52,319 nt of DNA from Fistulifera solaris. Its lineage: Eukaryota. Both the position numbers and the translations under genes were made by a program. Under the pieces are notes generated by a model. The model was not told the origin of the DNA. It worked only from the letters and a program-made list of their open reading frames with translations, and searched no databases. Shown in pieces: positions 23,692 to 35,702 of this stretch; the first letter of the stretch is position 1, and every line of letters starts with the position of its first letter. The stretch covers positions 806,001 through 858,319 of the forward strand of contig AP026143.1 in NCBI GenBank assembly GCA_030295235.1. The letters are read 5' to 3'.

Positions 23692-26600
23692 CTAAATATC
23701 ACTGATTTTCTTCTTCTCTCGCCTTTTATCCTTCGTTCTATCTCTTCTCTTATGAGTGTCATCGTCTCTTGAACTTTTCTTATCCTTTACGTGTTTTTTT
23801 CTTTTTGTCCTTCTTCTGCTCCTTTCGCTGTTTCTTATCATCTCGATCACCGCTTCTCGAAATAGGGACGCGACGCACAGGCACGGCTTGTTTCCCGTGC
23901 TCGGACAGGTACTTGGACGTTTTGTTGATAAGAGCATTTATTTTCTTGTTCGCAGCATCGCTATCCGAGCTATAGTCAGAACTGGACCGAGACACCACGC
24001 TGCTATCGTCTGAACGGGCTGAGTCATTATAAGAGGGAGAGAAACAAAAAGCTGAAGATCCATACAAGCTAGATTTGTTCAGCTCGGATGCAGAAGCATA
24101 AAAAGTACTGGCCCTGGATGTATCTGTAGATCCTGCAGTAGAGGCATTGGTTAAATCCATGGATGTGTTTGCACTAGGATTGTCGACCTTCAAAGAAGCC
24201 GAATCCTCCATGTCGGGTTTGACATCGTCGTCAATATGATGTATATCTCCGTACGAATTACCTCTTGCCATGCCAGGACGCAGGCCCGAAACACGATGCG
24301 AGCGACTCTTTCGTTGCTGACTCTCGTCTTCGTCATAATCTTCCGCAGCAAGTTGATCAGTGTCGTTCAGTCCATTACCATAGGAATCACCTCTTGTCAT
24401 ACCAGGACGCAGGCCCGAAACACGATGCGAGCGACTCTTTCGTTGCTGACTCTCGTCTTCGTCATAATCTTCCGCAGCAAGTTGATCAGTGTCGTTCAGT
24501 CCATTACCATAGGAATCGCCTCTTGTCATACCAGGACGCAGGCCCGAAACACGATGCGAGCGACTCTTTCGTTGCTGACTCTCGTCTTCGTCATAAGCTT
24601 CTGCCTCATGTTGTTGATCGGAGCCGTTCAGTCCATTACCATAGGAATCACCTCTTGTCATACCAGGACGCAGGCCCGAAACACGATGCGATCGACTCTT
24701 TCGTTGCTCATTCTCGTCTTCGTCAAAGTCTTCTGCAGCAAGTTGCGCAGCGGAATCGTTCAGTCCATTACCATAGGAATCACCTCTTGTCATACCAGGA
24801 CGCAGGCCCGAAACACGATGCGATCGACTCTTTCGTTGCTCATTCTCGTCTTCGTCAAAATCTTCTGCAGCAAGTTGCGCAGCGGAATCGTTCAGTCCAT
24901 TACCGTAGGAATCACCTCTTGTCATACCAGGACGCAGGCCCGAAACACGATGCGATCGACTCTTTCGTTGCTGATTCGCGTCTTCGTCAAAATCTTCTGC
25001 AGCAAGTTGCGCAGCGGAATCGTTCAGTCCATTATTATAGGAATCACCTCTTGTCATACCAGGACGCAGACCCAAAGCGCGAGTTGGTCGACTTTTCGGC
25101 TGTCTATGATCGGCTTCATCGTATTCATCTGCAGCAACTTGCTTACTTGAGTCATGAAGTCCATTTCCGTAGGAATCACCTCTTGTCATACCAGGACGCA
25201 GGCCCGAAACACGACGCGAGCGACTTTTTCGTTGCTGGTCGTCAGTTTCATCGTCGACATTTCCAGCGCGCTCTTGATAGGAATCGTCCAATCCATTACC
25301 ATAGGAATCACCTCTTGTCATACCTGGCCGAAGACCGGAGACGCGATGCGAACGACTTTTACGTTGCTGGTCGTCAGCTTCATCGTCGACATTTCCCGCG
25401 CGCTCTTGATAGGAATCGTCCAGTCCATTTCCGTAGGAATCACCTCTTGTCATTCCAGGTCGCAGACCGGAAACGCGATGCGAGCGATTCTTACGTTGCT
25501 CGTGGTCGGCTTCGTCAACATCCTCAGTAAACGGTTCATAGGAGTCATCCAGGCCATTGCCATACGAGTTGCCTCGAGTCATTCCAGGTCGCAGACCGGA
25601 AACGCGATGCGAGCGATTCTTACTTTGCTTGCTGTCAGCTTCATCGTCGATATCCTCAGCAAACCGTTCATAGGAGTCATCTAGGCCATTGCCATACGAG
25701 TCGCCTCGAGTCATTCCAGGTCGCAACCCGGAAACATGGTGTGATCGATGATTTCGCGATTTATCCGTTCTATACTCATAGTCTGTACCATCAGAGTCGT
25801 CTAAGCCGTTGCCACATGAATCACCCCTTGTTATCCCAGGGCGGAGACCAGGGACCCACTTTGATTTGTTTCCACGCTTAACAAACGTTTGTATTGACAG
25901 GGGACTTGTGTCATCATGATCGTTTCCCAAGACCGCGGGCAGAGAACCACACGACGCATTGTAATCAAGGTGATCAGCTACGCCCAAACTTTGACGCTGA
26001 TAATCGTGCCGAAGTTGCATGATTGTAGCATTATCCCGTTTATTGTATCCTTGAGGTAAGTCGGTGACAACATGCATGGACCTCGCAATGGTTTGCCTTC
26101 GACTCATCTTTCGTGACAAAACTTCCGCTTGTTGCACAGATTTCTTCACTACCTTCTTGTTAATGAGGTCGGATGTTTCCATCATTTGCCTAGCAAGCTC
26201 TTCTTCTTTTCTTAGCTTTCTCTGAACTTTTTCCATGCGTACGTTCGTTTCATATCGATCGAGCAGCTCTTTTTTTCTTAGCTGCGCGGACTTCCTTTTC
26301 AAAGTCTTCACGATGCGCACACTTGATTTGCTCCTGCATCTCAGCAAGGCTCCCGATCTCCGTTCCTTTCACTGCATGATGTAAAAGAAACATTGCATCA
26401 ATGCGTTGCATCTTTTCCTCCACAGTTCTGCCACTAATGGTGCCGTTACCAGCCGAGCCTCGACGTTTTGCTTTTTCTTCCCAGCGTTCCGATCTGATTT
26501 TGAAGTTCCTTCTTCTTTTCGCTAGCTGACTTAGCTTTTCAAACTTTTGCAGTGTCGATTTTAAAGTTCCAGCAGGCTTCCGGTAACTACCACGATGGTC

Positions 26601-27289
26601 ATAATGGCCAGAATCACTGTCGTCGTCATCGTCGACTTCGATAATTGACCCGTCGTCCTCGACACTATTCACTGGTCCTCGAATCAAGTCGCGCACGCTA
26701 GCTCTTTGAGCGTCGTCTTTTGATACATTCGACGACCTTCAAAGACATTAAGAACCGGCTGAAGAGCCTCGGGAAGGGCTTTTCGTCTCGGTGAACTTAG
26801 CACAGGTTGCTGTTGGTCGGCCTTTGAGCTTTTCTCGTAGAGCGAAGCCTTTTCCCAAATTTTGGTTCGTTTCGCTCTCTCAATAGCCTTGACAGGCGAA
26901 ACGAGAAACTCCTTCGATGCAGATGACTTGTTGGGGCTTGAGAATTCAGCGCTAGCCTGAATTTCGTGCACTGACTCCTGAATCTTTCGGCTGACGGCGT
27001 TTCCTTTCGCAACAATACGCCTCGGTGAACCGAAGTCGCTCTCGGATTCATCTCTACACGAAAGGTCTTCATACATCGTGATCTTTTGGGAGATTGCCGT
27101 TGGAATTTGTCGTCCTGCTTTGAAATATGCGACAGACGGTTCCGAGCCATTCGAGGAGTCGTCAGAATCTAAGACGACGCATATTTCGTCTTCTTTTGCG
27201 TTCTCTTGCAAAAGAGCGTGCGCGTTATTCGCTTGAAACGGATGTCTAGATGGAGGAGTTGTCATTTTGTGGTATGCTTCAGCATTCAT
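23692..27289 (-). CDS. Hypothetical repeat protein (~1200 aa) with 13 LRPGMTRGDSYGNGL units; three apparent frameshifts
   Basis: Consecutive overlapping ORFs 26684..27289, 26250..26696, 23780..26347 and 23692..23937 join by single frameshifts at ~26700, ~26275 (T-run) and ~23795 (T-run). Conserved blocks are colinear with 20743..22837. Confidence 0.75.
24255..25860 (-). repeat. Coding tandem repeat, 13 units, mostly 129-132 bp (43-44 aa)
   Basis: Unit SRSHRVSGLRPGMTRGDSYGNGLNDxxQLAAEDxDEDExQQRK; caggacgcaggcccgaaacacg starts at 24274, 24403 and onward. Confidence 0.95.
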
Positions 27290-28304
27290 GGAGCCCGCCG
27301 TCGCTTTGAACTCAACAAGATGATGACAATGATGATCGAGATGCGCTTCCAGTAGCTGACAAAGTCGTCAAAGCCGTCAAAAATGTCGAGAAATATTCTG
27401 AAAGGCGACAACGCAGAGAAGAGAGGCGAACGAGAGAAGAGAGAAACGAGAGAAAAAGGCCCAACGTGGATACAATGTCTCTGAACACATAAGTGATTGG
27501 ACACTGGACAAGCCATTGGTCACTGGGTTCTTGAAATATCATTCGTAATGTACTGCTGTTCTCAAAGCGTATGGACTTTGCTGTACGAAAATAAATTGCG
27601 GGATTGCGGGTCATTGCGCTGTACATCGTGCGTCATAGAAAACAGGAAGCATTTTTGTTCTATATGCAATCATGAGTCATGACGACTCACTCATGACTCA
27701 TCTCTTCTCCGTTCCCTTCCCTCATCACATTACACCGCACCTCTAAAATAAATATGTTTCTAGGTCTAGTTTCTGTAGACGAATAGTGATGATTCATTGT
27801 AAGTTTGATCATCTAAAAATGGCTTTTATTGAAGTAGTACAGTTGCTTCTCGCAAGAGTATGGTTATTGATAAGGCAGTGTGGCAGTGTGGCAGTGTGGT
27901 TTCTCTTCCTTTGTTTTTTACCAGGCAGTAAACGCTGATTGCAAATTTTCGATGCTATTGTGCATTGCGCATTGTCGATGCTAACAAAAAATATCTGCTC
28001 GTAACTCGTAGTCTAGCATCATCATAAGCTTGAGAAGCTTTTAGAATGGACAAAGAATTGGGTGCGATCCGATACTCGGAATACATTCGTGACTGAACGC
28101 ACTCGGCGGAAGTCGTGCAAGTCGTGGACGACCTAGTGCAGTATACAGGTTTTAAGTAGGGCACACCAATTGTTCGGTCATCGTCCTTTCTCTGCAAACA
28201 AGAAGAAAAGAGAAACAAAAAAATAAGACATCTTCGCAACGCGACATCCTGACAACGTAAAATGATTCTCGTCTCCTTTTGAGATTAATAATATCGTGTT
28301 AAAA

Positions 28305-30682
28305 ATGGAATCCACACGCTCTGAATCAATTGCGGCGAAGCTGGCACGCTTTGAAGCAACGATTGCGACAAACGATGAATCGACTTCCCGTTCGTTCATC
28401 GCAAATTTCGGGAAAAAGAAAGAGGCCAAATGCGCCGAAGGTCCTTAGCTTCTTATTCCCTTTCAGTTCCTGTTCAAGTCGAATCTGTGGAAGCTGTAGA
28501 AATGAGCGAATTCACAGAAACAGAAAGAGGCGAGGACATTTTGGAGTACGAGAACAAAGAGCGCTCCGGAAACCAGCGTCGACTTGTCCCAGATCATTTC
28601 GAGCCAAGAGCTAGAAGACATAGCATGACGATGACAGGGAGAAAGCAAAATTTGACCGGTCGGAGACATAGTTTGACTGGTTCTCTGTATACGTTCGACG
28701 CGAGTACGGATGATTCGTATGATACATCTGCATTTTCGCGACAAAATACGGTCAAAAGTATCGCTCGGCAATTCGAGACAAAGCATGAAAAGGAGGAGTT
28801 GACACACGACCTTGTTCAGCCTGGCAGACATACGTCTGCAGTTTTGCAGCCAACAATTGAAGCCTTTGAGTCAGCGCAACCGATCAAACATACCGATGAC
28901 TACGAAAAATACAAAGATGAGCTTGCACAGACTTGTTCGGGGTTGTTAGACCAAAACCGTCAAGTATTTCTCTTACAATCAGAGGAAGCGCGAGAAATGA
29001 ACTCAAGATCATACGCGAGAAAAAGCTCTCGCAGAAAGACTGACTCAAGTAGTGTAAGGCCTCTTGTATTGGACGAAAGAACGGACGAAGAATCATTATC
29101 AAGCTCGGAGGAAGACAATGACAATTCATTTTCGAGTCATTCATCCGATGATCAAAGTCATACTGAACTGAGCAATGGTGTAGACGGCCAGTCTCGTAAT
29201 CGCGTTCACTCTTTGAGACCGGGAATGGAGAGAGGGCATAGCATCGAAAATCTAACAGAAGAAATGCATTTGATGCATAACCACGAACCGGAGCATCAGG
29301 ATGGAGACTACGAGCGACCCCGTAGACGCGTCAACGCTCTTCGTCCAGGAATGGAAAGGGGGCATAGTGTCGAGAATCTATCAGAAGAAACGAAACTAGT
29401 AGAAAGCGTTGCAACAAGGGAAGGGAGCCCTGCCATTCCGGGTGGAAAGGAAGAGCGTCCCCGTAGACATGTTAACCCACTTCGCCCGGGAATGGAAAGG
29501 GGGCATAGCGTCGAAAATCTATCAGAAGAGATGCAGTCAATGAACAACTCTAAAACGAGAGAAAATCATTATGAAGAGGAATACCCAAAGGAAAAAAAGC
29601 CATCACGAAGACGTGTCAACGCACTTCGTCCGGGTGTTGAGAGGGGGCACAGTATTGAGAATTTGTCGGAAGAAATGCACTCGTTGCAAATATCTGCAAC
29701 GGAAGAAAATTTCGAAAATCAGGATGGGGTGGTCGAACAAACCCGTACACGTGTCAACCCTCTCCGACCGGGAATGGAAAGGGGACACAGTATTGAAAAC
29801 TTATCGGAAGAAATGCAGTTGTTGCATAGCTCTACAAACAGAGAAAGCTCTGATCATCAAGAGGCAATAGTCGAACGACCTCGTCGACGTGTCAACCCTC
29901 TTCGACCGGGAATGGAAAGGGGACACAGTTTCGAGAACCTGTCGGAAGAGATGCAATTGTTGAATTACTCTACAAGCGGAGAAAGTCACGAACATCAAGA
30001 GGCAATGGACGAGCGTCCCCGTCGACGAGTTAACGCTCTTCGCCCGGGAATGGAACGGGGACACAGTTTCGAAAATTTATCCGAAGAGATGCAGTTGATG
30101 CACAATTTTACAAGTGGAGAAAGTTACGATCTTCAGGATAAAACGCACGAGCGTCCTCGTAGACGTGTCAATCCTTTAAGGCCGGGAGTCGAGAGAGGAC
30201 ACAGTATTGAAAATTTGGTGGAAGAAATGAAGCTAGGGCACCGTTCTGAATTGGGAGCAAGTTCTAATGGTCATGATGGATACGACGAAAACCGGAAACG
30301 TGTGAACCCTTTACGACCGGGAGTCGAGAGGGGGCATAGTATTGAAAACTTATCGGAAGAGATGCATTTGTTTCACAATTCTATAACGGGAGAAATCTCA
30401 GATGGTAACGATGCAAAGGATGAGCGACATCGTAGACGGGTCAATGCACTTCGTCCAGGCATAGAAAGAGGCCATAGCTTTGATGGCGATGTGGAGGGCC
30501 TCGTCGCCATGCATTCCTCCTTTGCAGAGGTTGGCGTCGCCGATGATATAAATTCAGCTTACTCTTCATCATCTGACGAAAGTGATGACTTTCCGATTAA
30601 GGAGATCACTTTTAAGCGTCGCCGCCGCAGAAGGAGAAGAAAATATTGGAACGACTCACATGCGGCGAGAGAAGCTGTTTAA
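28305..30682 (+). CDS. Hypothetical repeat protein (~790 aa) with 10 RVNPLRPGMERGHSxENLSEEM units
   Basis: 750-aa ORF 28430..30682. An upstream ATG at 28305 (MESTRSESIAAKLARFE) joins through a one-base shift in the A-runs near 28413-28422. Ends in a basic KRRRRRRRRK tract. Confidence 0.8.
29195..30482 (+). repeat. Coding tandem repeat, 10 units of about 138 bp (about 46 aa)
   Basis: LRPG(M/V/I)ERGHS occurs 10 times in the translation, with many synonymous differences between units. Confidence 0.92.
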
Positions 30683-30948
30683 ATATACTTTTCTCCAATT
30701 GTTATCGGTAACGTATAAATATCTATTGTAGTCTTTCATTGTTAGCCAAGATATAAAAAAAACCATCAAAATGCCTTAGATCATGTTGTGTCAAGCTGGG
30801 CAACCGCAGATCGTCTTGAGACATCGAGCAACAACAATAATCGACAAATCACATTGTTATTTCAGACCTGTTCCAGCACTTTGTCGTCATTAAAAATCGC
30901 ATGTCCGAACAAATCCTCCTCTTTGTACTGTAACCACAAGTTTCGGTT

Positions 30949-32222
30949 TTAGGTAGCCGACGCCTCCTGCTGAGAATGCTGCGCTATCTTCTGAGTGGTT
31001 TGCTTTGTAATCGTCACAGGGCATGCCTCATCGCCTTTCTCTGCTGCCGCATATTCATGTGGGCACAAATTCCGTCCTTTGCTTCGAACGGCATGAACAG
31101 TGTCATGCAAGTACCGTACGACTGGATCATCCATCTCGTCTTCATCCCATACTTTTGAATGTAATAGATAGAGCATGAGCCAACACGGCAAGTACCAAAG
31201 AGACGTCAGAAAAACCTTGCGAGCGTTTGAGTTTGTTTGCTCGTTACGAAACCTTTGAGCAATTTTCAACGCGTAGGCGTTCAAAACAATCCCTTCCAAA
31301 GCAAACATACTACTGGTCATTCCGGCTGCAGTAGACATGAGTGGTAGCGCAGACAAATACCATGTGTATCGCACAATGAGTTTCGCAGCTTTGTCCGGAT
31401 CTACGCACGAGAGCATCTGAAAGCCACCGCGAGCATAATCAATACGATGCATATAAGACAGAGCGAAAAAGTGCGGCATTTGCCAGGCGTACAACGTCGC
31501 CCCTAACAAAATAGCTTGAGCATCTAATGCACCTCCCGTGGCGGCTGAGTAACCAATCTGCAGTCAAGTCGCGAGGGTAAGAAACGACCGATCAACAAGC
31601 ATGATGTGACAATCGCTAACAATGATCTTACCAAAGGAGGTACTGCTCCAACAACAGCTCCAACCCATGTATTTATTACGGAGCGAGGTTTTAAGTAGGT
31701 GTACACCACCGAGTAAAGGAGAATATTGCCAAATCCCAGCGCGGCGGCAATTGGATCGGTCATAGTCAGGAGCGCAGTCCCACTAACACCCCACAACGTT
31801 GCAGCAGCTTTAGCTTCAGCGGGAGAGAGTGCACCAGTAACAAGCGGGCGTGTCTGAGTCCGTTTCATGCAAGAGTCTCTATCTATTTCAAAGATTTGAT
31901 TAAACGCGGCAGCACTGCTACTACAGAGAGCCGTTCCCATCATACAAAGCGCAAAGTCAGACGTTAGAACAGGACCAGCAGCAGCCACATATCCGGCAGC
32001 GCTTGTTGTTACGACAAGAGCCGAGAGTTTAGCTTTAGCCAAATCTGAGTATGCCGCAAGCGTTGAACCTCGAGGGCGCACTGACTTTTCGGTCTCCAAG
32101 AACGATTTTGATGAACTAGCAAAAGGTCTCGAGAAAGCAGAAGTTTGGCAACCCAGCCTTTCACTGCATACTCTATACATTGAACCAGAAGCCTTTGTAT
32201 TATTTCCTTTGAGGATTGACAT
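30949..32222 (-). CDS. COX10: Protoheme IX farnesyltransferase (heme O synthase); intron 31631-31558; start uncertain
   Basis: Motifs LAKAKLSALVV, AFNQIFEIDRDSCMKRTQTRPLVTG, YTYLKPRSVINTWVGAVVGAVPPL|IGYSAATG and WQMPHFFALSYMHRIDYARGGFQML. GTAAG...CTGCAG intron in phase 0. Confidence 0.93.
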
Positions 32223-32724
32223 ATTCGATACTGAAAAGTACGAATAAATTCACGATCGAAGGAGCGAGGAATCGGTGCAAACTAACGACGCAATTGTTTT
32301 CTCAAGTAAAGTAAGGGGCCAGAGAATCGTCCAATTGACGTAGAGAATCGCAACAAGTAGAGAAAAATTGATTTTTCGAAATGAACAGAAAATGCAATAA
32401 AAAAGCCAATGATGATGATTATCAGGTACTTGTAGTCGTTCAGTCGACTAACATCGCGTTTTTCGCAGCAACAAAAAGAAAAAGCACACGCTATCGTCGC
32501 GATCGGCGGCGATCGAGACGAAAAGAAAAAACCGACGGATGACAAGCAGACAAACTAATGAGTGTCAATTTTGATCATATCATTCCGCGTTGTTTGAACA
32601 CCAATGTTAACATTACTTTACCCGACATCGCTAATGCATGTAATCAAACATTACTTGAACGTACTTTGACAGAGCAACATGTAGCATCTGAAAACTACAA
32701 GGCTTCCAGTGTCTACGCGGATTG

Positions 32725-33000
32725 GACGTAGCCGCCGTAGGAAATTTATCTCTGCAGGGGTACCCGGATATCGTGTTTTTCGCCATCATCCATTTCTCGT
32801 ATTTACAGTTCATAAATGTCAACTTCTTCTTGCGCACCGTGCTGATTCCTATCATGCAGCAATGAATACTTTCGATTTGGAAACAAAACGTTGATGGAGC
32901 GAATGATGCAAAGCATTTGAATGTACGTAATTCCACGTTGCTCTCGTAGGAAATTTATCGACAGATGGGAACCCGGATATTGTATGTTATTTCGATCCCG
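32725..33000 (+). pseudogene. Degenerate fragment of an FG-GAP/VCBS-like repeat protein (copy B)
   Basis: Translates to DVAAVGNLSLQGYPDIVF and, ~210 nt later, HVALVGNLSTDGNPDIVC. Shares gccgccgtaggaaatttatctctgcaggggtacccgga exactly with copy A. Interrupted by stops and frameshifts. Confidence 0.45.
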
Positions 33001-33336
33001 CATTTCACGCGTCGTTTGGACAACAATGTCAACAAAACGATAATGTTTGCCCAACATCTCTTTATGCGAGCCATGCAACAATAATCGACGTTCAATAGAC
33101 AAAGAACATGCCACAATGGAAAGATACAACGCTTCTGTAGGGTATTTATTGATTTTTTATGCCTAGAAAAGTACCGGTAGTCGCGATAAACCGGTCCTGA
33201 CAATCTAGAGTAGGGACTTGTGACGGAAATACATGACATGGCGTACCCGAATTGAATAAATCGTTTAAACGACATCAGCGAGGAACATTCCAGCGCTTCG
33301 TAAGTTAGACTGTATGTGCAACTTTATCTTGCAAGG

Positions 33337-35361
33337 TCAATGTTTTGTAGAATCGTCAAGGCCACAGTCGGCATCAAGCACCAACGGGGTGTGCAGGAAC
33401 AGCGTGAGGGCCCTGACTCCCTTCCAAGTAATATCCGTGTTTCGAAGACACAACCATTTCAAACTTGAATGTCCCATAACTGCCTTCGCAATATCCAAGG
33501 CAGCCATATCCGTGATACGATTACCATCCAGCCGAAGGTCTTCCAGCTTTGTAATGCAGTGAAGGTGAGATAGTCCTGCGTCATTAATTCGGTTGTTTGC
33601 GACGTTCAGCGAAATCAAACTAGGGTGATTTTTGCTATCCGTAAATACGCTTTTGCATATCTCCTGGAAGCCGAGGTCACCAATAGAATTCCCTTCCAGG
33701 TCGAGTCGTAATAAAGAGGCATTGTCAGCCAACGCCCGCGCGATCTGCAGTGACCCCTCCCCGAGATCACATCGTTTCAAAGACAGGCAGCGAATTGTTG
33801 TATTCTTCAGCAGAGCTTTGGCCAACGCAACAGCCCCGTTAAATCCAAGCGGGGTATCTTTAATGTAAAGCCGTTGCAGATTCACTTCATTTGCTGCAAC
33901 GACACACTCGGAAAGTCTCCCGACACTGCGGCACGAAACCATGGATCCTCCAAACGATGCGCTCGTTACACACGGTTTGAACTTCGCTAGACTGACCATG
34001 ATAGCCAGCAGCTCTTCGTCGCCATGCCTTTTCTTCGTCAAATCGAAACAGATCATTTTCTTTTCCTTAATATCGCGCAATATCTTTCCTAACCATCCTT
34101 TTTTATTTTCCCGGAAAGCAAAAGCAGCATGGAGTTGATTCTCAGCTTCATCTGTCAAGACATTCTGTTCGAAATAGAGCGTCTTTAGTTTGATCGGGTG
34201 GCAACATACGACATGAATAAATGGTGATGGATCTCTCATTTGATTTCCAACCAAGTTCAACACCTCGAGAGCCATGTCAGCCTTGAGAGACTCGGCTAAA
34301 ACCTTCATGCCGCTATCACAAATGAAGTTACACTTCAGATTCAAATGAGTTAGCGCTGAATTTTGCATCAGCATTTCGGCCAAGAACCCAGCGCCCGCGT
34401 CTTTAATTCCATTCCACGATACATCCAAACTTTGCAAGCACGTGTCCTCGTTTTCAATGATGCCCTGAGCGATCAAACGCACACCATTATCGCCAATACT
34501 ATTCCGAGATAAGTTCAACTCTCTCAAGGTGTGACTGAATTTCAAGACAACGCCAAACGCTTCGGCTCCTTCGGTCTCGATGTTATTGTCCATCAAATTC
34601 AAAATTTGTAGTGACTTGTTGTGTCCTTTGATAAACGCGTCAGCTAGATGGTAAGCTCCGCTATAGCCAATCTTGTTGTTGCTTAGATCGAGGACTTCCA
34701 GTAAGCATTCGGGTGCAGCTAGCACTTCACCAATGATATGCGCACCCCTGTCTCCCAGCTTATTTTGCGATAAATCTAGACGCACGAGACGGCCAAGATA
34801 GAGACCCATACTCTTTATGGATCGTCCAAAACTGTTGTGCGAAAGGGACAGCTCACGTAAGGAGTGTTCTGCTCTTAACAGCGAGGCAATCACCGATGCA
34901 CCTTTGGGTCCTAGCTTATTGTTGGATAAATGAATCGACTCTAAGAGGCATGTCGGCAACAGCAAGGCGTGGTTAAGCAAGAACGAAAGCCCTTCCGGCT
35001 TGATTTCATTATCCGATAAATCAATCTCACGAAGCAGTTCGGTTTGTTGAATAATGCGAGCCAGCGAAGGAACCGATTCTGTTGTCAAGCCGTTCTTTGG
35101 CAGCTTGAGAGACCTTAGTTTGACTATTTCGTGATTTTCGAAGAGAATAGTATGTAACTTTGCGACATCTTCATTTTGGAAAACGTGCGAGCAATGAATC
35201 TTCTCGATTTGCGCAATGTTGTTGGCGAGATACTGAAGGATTTCGTCGCTATTAACAAATGATTCGTCCGATGGTATCTTGTCGAATTTTGCGACGGCTG
35301 TATTCATCGCTTTTGTAGCAACTAAATAATCACATACTCCGTGCTGCTTTGGCAATTGCAC
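33337..35361 (-). CDS. Leucine-rich repeat protein (RNI/NLRC3-like ~28-aa LRRs); 5' end unresolved, possibly with an upstream exon
   Basis: 674-aa ORF with repeated LxxLxLxxNxIGxxGAxxLA units (e.g. LRELNLSRNSIGDNGVRLIA, LQSLDVSWNGIKDAGAGFLA). The ORF begins at GTG just after a possible acceptor (ctgttag). Confidence 0.88.
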   Translation of the reverse strand: MQLPKQHGVCDYLVATKAMNTAVAKFDKIPSDESFVNSDEILQYLANNIAQIEKIHCSHVFQNEDVAKLHTILFENHEIVKLRSLKLPKNGLTTESVPSLARIIQQTELLREIDLSDNEIKPEGLSFLLNHALLLPTCLLESIHLSNNKLGPKGASVIASLLRAEHSLRELSLSHNSFGRSIKSMGLYLGRLVRLDLSQNKLGDRGAHIIGEVLAAPECLLEVLDLSNNKIGYSGAYHLADAFIKGHNKSLQILNLMDNNIETEGAEAFGVVLKFSHTLRELNLSRNSIGDNGVRLIAQGIIENEDTCLQSLDVSWNGIKDAGAGFLAEMLMQNSALTHLNLKCNFICDSGMKVLAESLKADMALEVLNLVGNQMRDPSPFIHVVCCHPIKLKTLYFEQNVLTDEAENQLHAAFAFRENKKGWLGKILRDIKEKKMICFDLTKKRHGDEELLAIMVSLAKFKPCVTSASFGGSMVSCRSVGRLSECVVAANEVNLQRLYIKDTPLGFNGAVALAKALLKNTTIRCLSLKRCDLGEGSLQIARALADNASLLRLDLEGNSIGDLGFQEICKSVFTDSKNHPSLISLNVANNRINDAGLSHLHCITKLEDLRLDGNRITDMAALDIAKAVMGHSSLKWLCLRNTDITWKGVRALTLFLHTPLVLDADCGLDDSTKH

Positions 35362-35702
35362 CTAACAGGCAGCAAAAAGAGCGCGCTGGCTGTGTTTGTA
35401 ATCTGAAAAATATCACTTTCGACGAGAATGAATACACTAATGATGGTTCTTCATTTGGTTGGTTTTGCGATTGTTGCTGTTGCAAACGAGAGAGCGCGCG
35501 AGGCTTGTTGTTTGTGATCGAGCGGACGACGTCGTAGCAAAAAGCGTAAATGAATCTTAGCGGTACTCGTCACTCCTTCTCCGCAACAAATGAACGACGC
35601 GCAACCTTTTCCCCATTCATTCGGCACAATCATCATTCTTTTAATTAATGCACAGAATTATTCTTTTCAAAAGCTGTTGCTTTCGCAGAATAATACAATC
35701 AT

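Noticed and set aside
24236..25684. Long + strand ORFs (304, 421 and 176 aa) with repeated sequences
   Set aside because: Antisense shadows of the 129/132-bp coding repeat. The minus-strand frame is continuous with flanking non-repeat sequence that has a paralog next door.
24255..25860. Regularly spaced repeats resembling a CRISPR array
   Set aside because: Unit lengths are multiples of 3, the intervening parts are homologous to one another, the array is protein-coding, the context is eukaryotic and no cas genes are present.
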